In this document: positions 36,209 through 42,063 of the stretch, one piece after another
Position numbering within the stretch: position 1 is the first letter of the stretch
How the letters are laid out: every line of letters starts with the position of its first letter
From: Thermoplasmata archaeon
GTDB lineage: Archaea; Thermoplasmatota; Thermoplasmata; Lutacidiplasmatales; UBA184
DNA length: 64,000 nt
Reading direction: 5' to 3'
Assembly (NCBI GenBank): GCA_022749995.1
Contig: JAKIWO010000001.1
Span: forward strand, 90,330-154,329
Position numbers and translations under genes: made by a program
The notes under the pieces: generated by a model
Databases searched by the model: none
Told to the model about the DNA's origin: nothing
What the model saw: only the letters and a program-made list of their open reading frames with translations

Positions 36209-36269
36209 ATCGGCGGAATCCCGGCACCCCAGATATGGGGTATGGGTTTTCGGCGGGGCTCAAACCTAG

Positions 36270-36278
36270 TTATAAATA
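36270..36278 (+). promoter_or_regulatory. TATA box TTATAAATA for the SRP RNA gene
   Basis: A strong A+T box about 24 nt upstream of the predicted SRP RNA 5' end. Confidence 0.5.
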
Positions 36279-36301
36279 CGGTCCGGCCGCTCCCCGCTCC
36301 T

Positions 36302-36612
36302 GCTAGGCTAGACCGGGGGGTTGGGCGTCCCCTTTTACACCGAAACCGTCCTCAGCGGGGGTGACAGGCCGGAGCGACGTTCGGGAGAGCGATCCGTCTC
36401 GTAGGGTTCCGTAGAAGCTCTGTTCCATCGGGCCGCGGGCATCGCGACGAGCGCCTGGAGGGGCGCCCTAGCGGTTATCCATCACGGGCACCGGGTTAGG
36501 TCCTGACGGGAGCAGCCTTACCGTGACTCGTCGACGCTGGTGGGGCGACGGGGCCGAGGAGCCCGCGGGAACCACGGACCGCTTTCCCGGACGGCCATCC
36601 GGCTGGCCTAGC
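36302..36612 (+). ncRNA. Signal recognition particle (7S) RNA, archaeal type
   Basis: The 5' GCUAGGCUAGACCGGGGGGUUGGGCGUCCCC... closely matches the remembered M. jannaschii 7S RNA 5' end (GGCUAGGCCGGGGGGUUCGGCGUCCCC). The helix-8 motif is AGGUCCUGACGGGAGCAGCC (compare AGGUCCGGAAGGAAGCAGCC). The 3' CCGGCUGGCCUAGC pairs with the 5' end. There is no ORF, and the ends are good to +/- a few nt. Confidence 0.85.
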
Positions 36613-36629
36613 ACCGATCCCCCACGTCC

Positions 36630-37178
36630 ATGACCTCATCGGAACCGCCCCGAACGGACCCGAACCCCCCTCCGCAGCGCCCGGACCCGCCGTCCCCCTT
36701 CGTCCACTCGCTCCACGTGAAATCCGAGCGGCCTGGGGAGCGGGGTCTGCCCAAGTCGTCGGTGGAGGAGGTCGAGCTGGAGGCCGGCGGGGTCCGCGGC
36801 GACTTCAACCGGTACCGTCACGAGCTCCTCGCCGACGAGCCCACCTCGGCCGTACTGGTCATGCCGCTCGAGATGCTCGAGACGCTGCGGGCGGAAGGCT
36901 GGCCGGTGGCGCCGGGGGACCTCGGTGAGAACCTGACCTCTTCCGGAGTGCCGTACGAAGAGCTCCAGCCCGGCGTCGTGCTCGCGATGGGCAGCGCCGC
37001 GGCCCAGATCACCCGCCCGTGCGACCCGTGCCGCCAGCTGTACGGTCTGCCGTACGTGGGAAAGGACCGGGGGCCGGAGTTCGTCCGCACCCTGCTCGGA
37101 CGACGCGGCTGGTACGCCCGCGTTCTGCGGCCCGGTCGCGTCCGGCGGGGCGATGCCATTCGGGTCACTCGCACGTAG
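36630..37178 (+). CDS. MOSC domain-containing protein
   Basis: GVRGD...H......AVLV...E........PGDLGENL...G ...TRPCDPC is the MOSC beta-barrel pattern with the conserved Cys. Confidence 0.85.
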   Translation: MTSSEPPRTDPNPPPQRPDPPSPFVHSLHVKSERPGERGLPKSSVEEVELEAGGVRGDFNRYRHELLADEPTSAVLVMPLEMLETLRAEGWPVAPGDLGENLTSSGVPYEELQPGVVLAMGSAAAQITRPCDPCRQLYGLPYVGKDRGPEFVRTLLGRRGWYARVLRPGRVRRGDAIRVTRT

Positions 37179-37222
37179 ACGGAGGGCGCGGGCCCCCCTG
37201 GACCTCGGCGCTCGCCCCGGGG

Positions 37223-37233
37223 CGTCCCGGGCG
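37223..37233. repeat. Direct repeat CGTCCCGGGCG (left copy), putative target-site duplication
   Basis: A perfect 11-mer repeated at 39749-39759, immediately outside the inverted terminal repeats. Confidence 0.5.
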
Positions 37234-37251
37234 GCTTTGTAGGGGAAACCC
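37234..37251. repeat. Left terminal inverted repeat
   Basis: GCTTTGTAGGGGAAACCC compared with the reverse complement of 39731-39748 (GCTTTGTAGGCTAATCCC). Confidence 0.5.
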
Positions 37252-37290
37252 GGTGGTGTAGGAGAATCGACACGGTTGTAGGAGAAACCC
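37238..37290 (+). repeat. Three direct copies of TGTAGG(G/A)GAA at 19-20-bp spacing (subterminal repeats)
   Basis: TGTAGGGGAAACCC starts at 37238, TGTAGGAGAATCGA at 37257 and TGTAGGAGAAACCC at 37277. Confidence 0.5.
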
Positions 37291-37336
37291 CCGGGGGCTC
37301 CGGTCCTTGGGGGCGGGCTAGATTCTCAGCCAGCCG

Positions 37337-37618
37337 CTAGATTCGCTCGTACTCTCCAGGCTGAACCTGCGTGATCTTTCCCCGGCGAACGCACTTGTCG
37401 AGGACTCGCATGGCGAAGTCACCGGCCACCTTTGTCACATCGCTCGACGGATCCGCCTTTGGTCGGCCCGGTTCGCGAGGTCTGTCAGTGACATAGAAGC
37501 TGAAGACTCGCTCCAGCGATTGCCAAAGTGCCCCGGGCCGAACCTCACTCCCTTTGACGGGACAAGATCCATCGTGTGATTCAGTGCGTAGTTGAAAGGA
37601 TCGGCAGCGTCGGGGCAC
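37337..37618 (-). CDS. Hypothetical small protein, possibly the 3' part of a frameshifted gene; C-terminus wHTH-like
   Basis: It ends VLDKCVRRGKITQVQPGEYERI, a wing-like G..Y motif. The overlapping frame 37435-37644 reads plausibly upstream (MVETMFGVVCPDAADPFNYALNHTMDL). Confidence 0.3.
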   Translation of the reverse strand: MPRRCRSFQLRTESHDGSCPVKGSEVRPGALWQSLERVFSFYVTDRPREPGRPKADPSSDVTKVAGDFAMRVLDKCVRRGKITQVQPGEYERI

Positions 37619-37946
37619 ACCACACCGAACATCGTCTCGACCATCAAGCCTGAATCTCGACAGAGGACAAGAAACCGGCGGCTAGTGAGCCGGCGAACTG
37701 CATTGTGGTCATTTGGGCGTCCCAGCCCCCAGCACAATCCCGGCTGGGCGCCGGGATTGCGTCGCCAGCCGGGCGTCACCGGGTGGCCCCCACATCGCGC
37801 CGAGGGTCGCGGCCTGAAGCCCGCGCTGGCCGATCTGGCTGGCCGGCATGCCCGCGTTCGGTGCGGAGAGGAGACATTGTTGGCCCCCATTCACCAGCGG
37901 GGTCGACGTGGCGTGCGGTCTAGAAACCCCAGCACTTACGTCTCAT

Positions 37947-38642
37947 CTAGCTCTTCTCGAGGTAGCGATTCAGGAATGCCGGTTTGACCACCTTCACTCT
38001 GGGGAATCTGGCTTCGATCTCTGCCTTGTGAGCATACATGGCCCGTTCAAGTATCAGAAAGGCGACTGAAACGCCCTCCTTGTCGCCTATCTCTTGGCAC
38101 GCCCGGAGATGAGCCAAATCGGGCCCATTGACCTCACGTATTTCTGGATTCAGCGGAGTGTAATCGGGCTGGGGCCAGTTCAGGAATTCCACAGCGCTTG
38201 GGCAGCTAGCGAGTTTAGCAGACTCTTTCCAGTGGAGCGCGCTCGCAGCGACGTAGGCAAAGACATTTCTCAGTGGGGCCGTCGGATTGCTCGTCACAGC
38301 CCTTGAAACCTCCTCCTCGATTGCGTCCAAGAAAAGCAACCTTGGGTAGCCCTTCTTCGCACGGACAGCCATAAGGAGCTGTTCAGCCCCCTCAAGTGCC
38401 GCTGGAGAGCCGTTCTCAATGGGAATGGCTGAAGTCACCACCTGCAGATCCTCGTAGACTTGGTCAAGAAGGTTGAGTTTTCGCACCCGCTCGACATCGA
38501 CACTCGGGGGTGCTACTACCTTGACTCCGGCGGCGACTGCGCGCGATAGTGCGCTGGCCGCCATCGCAGATTTGGGATCCTGGGGCCCGAAGCCGATAGC
38601 CAGCAGGATACCGGTGTCAGGAACTAGTATTCCAACACTCAC
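37947..38642 (-). CDS. PIN-like nuclease-fold protein with a large internal insertion
   Basis: GILVPDTGILLAI carries the PIN beta1 Asp (D9). VKVVAPPSVDVERV carries E51. NGPDLAHLRACQ carries D175. FLILERAMY has E199 where PIN domains usually have T.D. The end is VKVVKPAFL. The start overlaps the upstream stop by 4 nt. Confidence 0.55.
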   Translation of the reverse strand: MSVGILVPDTGILLAIGFGPQDPKSAMAASALSRAVAAGVKVVAPPSVDVERVRKLNLLDQVYEDLQVVTSAIPIENGSPAALEGAEQLLMAVRAKKGYPRLLFLDAIEEEVSRAVTSNPTAPLRNVFAYVAASALHWKESAKLASCPSAVEFLNWPQPDYTPLNPEIREVNGPDLAHLRACQEIGDKEGVSVAFLILERAMYAHKAEIEARFPRVKVVKPAFLNRYLEKS

Positions 38643-39646
38643 GCAGGGGCCTCGTTCGCGAGGGCCTCCGCAAGTGCTCGGCCGAATAGGGAAAGGGAGT
38701 CCGGGTCCCGGGTGGCTTCGCTGACTCTCGAGCGACCGAATCGGGAGAGAAGTGCCGCTTGCAATCCCTTTGTGGCTTCCGTGACCTTCGCCTCTACCGG
38801 GCGAAGCTCCACACCTTCGAGCCGTGCTTGTTTCCAGGCCTTGGAGATGTGAAGGTCTTCAATCGACTCGGAGTTCCAGGCGTCTACCGTGAGAACGAGC
38901 CGAGAGTACGCATCCTGCACACGGTCTCCAAAGATGCCCAGCTCAAGGATTGCCTTCCTCGCAGCGCGGCGTTCGTTGTCGAGAGCGCGCCGGGATGTTG
39001 ACTCAACCACGGAATCGAGGGCCTGAGGCAAGACAGCCTTCTCGGCTGCGTCGAACAGCGCCGTCTCCCAGAAGTGCGCAGCCGCGAGAGAGTCTGCGAG
39101 CTTTGTTGGCAGATCGCCGCTAACCAGGCAAACAAAACCCCAGAGAAAGCTGCGGTCTCGTTGCACACGCAGCAGAGCAAACCGTCGACGGAAGGATTCG
39201 ACCTCGATTCTAAACGACCGAACGCCGTCGTCGATTAGTTCCTGACTTCGGCGAGGTCCCTCGGAGTTAGTCCACGACTCAATTATGTTTACAGTCTCGA
39301 TGTCAATCTTCTGCCGAAGCTCTCGGTGGGGGTCCTTGTCGTTGAGCTCCTTCAGCCTGGAGAATACAGATTCGAGATTGAACCGGGGAGGGAGATTCAG
39401 TCCTTGGAGACGCTCCTTCATGAGAAGCGTGTCCTGATTGGCAACAAGCGCTAGCAGCTCTTCGTGCGATTGCCTATTCGGGACAGAAGTCCGCGTCCGC
39501 AGACGGCTTTTCTGGCGGCCCAATGGCAGATCGTGCATGGCCCCAGTCGACCAGGAAGTCGCCATTCCGATGTCACTGAAGTCAGCATTTGGATGGACAG
39601 CCAGCAATCTGCACCCGCACTCAACACACCCCCCACTGCCTATCAA
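38639..39646 (-). CDS. Hypothetical, predicted all-helical protein (up to 335 aa), no recognised domain
   Basis: A long ORF with a TTG start at 39646. Alternative ATG starts lie at 39565 and 39538. It is charged and helical with no motif I can assign. Confidence 0.6.
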   Translation of the reverse strand: MIGSGGCVECGCRLLAVHPNADFSDIGMATSWSTGAMHDLPLGRQKSRLRTRTSVPNRQSHEELLALVANQDTLLMKERLQGLNLPPRFNLESVFSRLKELNDKDPHRELRQKIDIETVNIIESWTNSEGPRRSQELIDDGVRSFRIEVESFRRRFALLRVQRDRSFLWGFVCLVSGDLPTKLADSLAAAHFWETALFDAAEKAVLPQALDSVVESTSRRALDNERRAARKAILELGIFGDRVQDAYSRLVLTVDAWNSESIEDLHISKAWKQARLEGVELRPVEAKVTEATKGLQAALLSRFGRSRVSEATRDPDSLSLFGRALAEALANEAPA

Positions 39647-39730
39647 ATCTGCTTCCAGCGCGGTCTTGTCACTTTGGGACCTATCGGCCCACGTTTGCGC
39701 GACGTAGCACGACGGGAGGGACCCCCTCAG

Positions 39731-39748
39731 GGGATTAGCCTACAAAGC
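39731..39748. repeat. Right terminal inverted repeat
   Basis: GGGATTAGCCTACAAAGC. Confidence 0.5.
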
Positions 39749-39759
39749 CGTCCCGGGCG
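39749..39759. repeat. Direct repeat CGTCCCGGGCG (right copy)
   Basis: Identical to 37223-37233. Confidence 0.5.
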
Positions 39760-39762
39760 CAT

Positions 39763-39770
39763 GGTTTAAG
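39763..39770 (+). promoter_or_regulatory. TATA-like box GGTTTAAG
   Basis: It lies 39 nt upstream of the ATG at 39809. Confidence 0.35.
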
Positions 39771-39771
39771 T

Positions 39772-39790
39772 AAGCGAGATTCGCTTTTTT
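39772..39790 (+). terminator. Hairpin AAGCGA-gat-TCGCTT followed by a T-run
   Basis: A perfect 6-bp stem plus TTTTTT. If the insertion is removed, it would lie about 70 nt downstream of the MOSC stop codon. Confidence 0.35.
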
Positions 39791-39808
39791 CTATCCTCAC
39801 GGACCCCC

Positions 39809-40111
39809 ATGCATACGTACGTCGACCTCTACTTCTCCCCCAACGGGGAGAACCCGCTCGCCATCGCCGACCGCCTGCGGCGCCAGGCCGGAGTCTCTCT
39901 GATCGTCGGGCCGCACGACATCGCCTTCGACTGGCAGACGGTGGAGGAGTTCCGCACGAAGCTCTCGGCGATCCACGACGCCCTCCAGGGCTCGGACGCC
40001 AGCTACCGGGTCGAATCGGTGGAGGAGAGCCCTGAATTCATCGAACCGACCACCTGGCCGCCGACGATCGTCCGCAGCCAACCCTCCCATCCGGGCTACA
40101 GCCCGGCCTAG
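39809..40111 (+). CDS. Hypothetical small protein
   Basis: A 100-aa ORF with host-like composition and an upstream TATA-like box. No motif was recognised. Confidence 0.5.
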   Translation: MHTYVDLYFSPNGENPLAIADRLRRQAGVSLIVGPHDIAFDWQTVEEFRTKLSAIHDALQGSDASYRVESVEESPEFIEPTTWPPTIVRSQPSHPGYSPA

Positions 40112-40141
40112 ACCCCCACCCCCCCGCTGCGAGTGGAACCT

Positions 40142-40633
40142 TTAGCGGGGGCTCCAGCCCTCGCTTTCCAGAGGAATTGCGTCGGTGGCGAGCCGCGCGC
40201 GCACCGCCGGGACGATCGGTTTCTTCTCTCCCTTTTCGTAGTCGTAGCAGACGATCACCGTTCGACCCCGGGCGTAGAGCGAGGTGGAGTCCTCCGGGCG
40301 ATGAAAGCGATACACTAGTGAGAAGCTGGTCCGTCCTATCGGAGCTGCCGGAGCCACCTCCCCTACCATCTCCGTACCATACCCTGCCGGTGCCAGGTAC
40401 CTACAGCTTGCTTCCGCCAGGATGATGTCGAGCTCCCTCGGGTCACTCGCTCCGATGAGCGGCATGTAGTACGCGCAGCGCAGCGTTTCCATGAACGGAA
40501 AGTAGGTGGCATGGTTGAGATGGTTGAGCGCGTCGACGTCGTGATACGTGACCACGAACCGTTGCCGCAGGGGCCACGGATCGGTCCGCGGGGCACTCGG
40601 AGCCGTCGGACTGTCGCTCACGGCGGCGCGCAC
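40142..40633 (-). CDS. Acyl-CoA thioesterase (4HBT/YbgC-like hotdog fold)
   Basis: V.YHDVDALNHLNHATYF.FME.....Y is the typical hotdog thioesterase N-terminal motif. Confidence 0.8.
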   Translation of the reverse strand: MRAAVSDSPTAPSAPRTDPWPLRQRFVVTYHDVDALNHLNHATYFPFMETLRCAYYMPLIGASDPRELDIILAEASCRYLAPAGYGTEMVGEVAPAAPIGRTSFSLVYRFHRPEDSTSLYARGRTVIVCYDYEKGEKKPIVPAVRARLATDAIPLESEGWSPR

Positions 40634-40737
40634 CGGGGGTAGCTATATGGGCCGAACGGCCTCCCACGCCATTCCCGCCGTGAACCGCGAGCCTCCCCGC
40701 ACCGTTCGAGTGGAAACGGGGGGGTGGGGGGGTAGCC

Positions 40738-42063
40738 GTGGCTGACCCGAGCGCCCCGCCGCGGGAGGAGATGGCTCAGGTGGTCGAGCGGATCCGTTCG
40801 GCCGTCAAGGCCCACTCCGCCCGGTTCGAGCGGTCGATCCCGCTCATCGCGAGCGAGAACCTGTTGAGCCCGTACGCGAAGGAGCTGCTGATCTCCGACT
40901 TCCATTCGAGGTACGCCGAGGGGCTGCCCGGCGAGCGGTACTACGAGGGGAACGAGCAGGTCGACGAGGTGGAGCGAATCTGCCTCACCCTGGCGAAGGA
41001 GCTGTTCCGCTGCTCCTTCGCCGACGTCCGGCCGATCTCCGGCACCGTGGCCAACCTGGCCGTCCTCAAGGCGCTCGCCGCCCCTGCCGATCCCGTGGGC
41101 ACCACGCGCCTCTCCGACGGCGCGCACATCTCGAGCGCCGTCTTCGGCGCCTTCGGGCTGCGTGGCGTCAAACCCGTCTACTACGCCTGGGACGAGGAGC
41201 GGATGACGATCGACGTGCCGAAGACACAGGCGATCCTCCGGGAGGCACGGCCGAAGCTCTGCCTGTTCGGCCTGTCGCTGTTCCTGTTCCCGCTCCCGGT
41301 GCGGGAGCTCGCGCCGACACTCCAGGAGATCGGCGCGACCGGCTGGTACGACGGCGCGCACGTCCTCGGTCTGATCGCCGGCGGAGAGTTCCAGGACCCG
41401 CTGCACGAGGGCTGTTCGGTCCTCTCCGCCTCCACCCACAAGACGCTGCCCGGGCCGCAGCACGGGATCCTCTTGGGGGAGAGCGCCGACCCGGAGCTGT
41501 ACCGCAAGCTCGGCTCCGCCGCCTTCCCCGGCGTCACGAGCAATCACCACCTGCACGCGATGGCGGCGCTCGCGGTGAGCCTCGCCGAGGCCCGCGCGTT
41601 CGGCCGGGCGTACGCCCGGCAGGTGATCGCCAACGCACGTGCGCTGGCCGGGGCGCTCGCCGAACGCGGGTTCGACGTGCTCGGTGAGAAGCTGGGCTAC
41701 ACGGCGAGCCACACGATCGCCGTCCGGGTCGGACGGGAGGGGGGTGGCGCGCCGGTGGCCGCGCGGCTCGCCGAGGCCGGCCTCATCACGAACAAGAACC
41801 TGCTCCCGGGCGACAAGAGCCCGAAGGAACCGCAGGGGGTCCGGCTCGGCACGCCCGAGGTCACGCGCCTCGGGATGACCGAACCGGAAATGGTCCGCAT
41901 CGCCGAGCTGTTCGACGCCCTCCTGCACCGCAACGCTCCGGCGGAACGGATCGCACGGGAGGCCGGCGAGTTGAAGCGGGAGTTCACCCGGTTGCAGTAC
42001 TGCTTCGCCGCCGGCGAGGCGGCGTACCGGTACTACGACCTCGTCGGCCGGCCGGCCGCCTAG
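40738..42063 (+). CDS. glyA: Serine hydroxymethyltransferase
   Basis: LIASENLLSP, RYYEGNE.VDEVE, and STHKTLPGPQHG (PLP Lys). Confidence 0.95.
   Translation: MADPSAPPREEMAQVVERIRSAVKAHSARFERSIPLIASENLLSPYAKELLISDFHSRYAEGLPGERYYEGNEQVDEVERICLTLAKELFRCSFADVRPISGTVANLAVLKALAAPADPVGTTRLSDGAHISSAVFGAFGLRGVKPVYYAWDEERMTIDVPKTQAILREARPKLCLFGLSLFLFPLPVRELAPTLQEIGATGWYDGAHVLGLIAGGEFQDPLHEGCSVLSASTHKTLPGPQHGILLGESADPELYRKLGSAAFPGVTSNHHLHAMAALAVSLAEARAFGRAYARQVIANARALAGALAERGFDVLGEKLGYTASHTIAVRVGREGGGAPVAARLAEAGLITNKNLLPGDKSPKEPQGVRLGTPEVTRLGMTEPEMVRIAELFDALLHRNAPAERIAREAGELKREFTRLQYCFAAGEAAYRYYDLVGRPAA

Larger units (their letters stand above)
37234..39748. mobile_element. 2,515-bp TIR-bounded, lower-G+C insertion with no recognisable transposase (non-autonomous cargo element?)
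   Basis: The ends are GCTTTGTAGGGGAAACCC and GGGATTAGCCTACAAAGC, which are inverted with 10/10 then 15/18 matches. They are flanked by an 11-bp direct repeat. Hand-counted 60-nt samples give 52-55 % G+C inside versus 73 % outside. Confidence 0.55.

Noticed and set aside
33548-36364. 938-aa plus-strand ORF
   Set aside because: It is antisense to the propeller-permease fusion gene, with low-complexity R/G/E/D-rich sequence and no recognisable domain.
37339-39786. Alternative element boundaries defined by the 9-mer AGATTCGCT (37339-37347 and 39778-39786; a related GCTAGATTC lies at 37317)
   Set aside because: This match is shorter, has no associated inverted repeats, and the right copy forms part of the hairpin plus T-run. 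The 11-bp direct repeat with adjacent 18-nt TIRs is the more parsimonious boundary.
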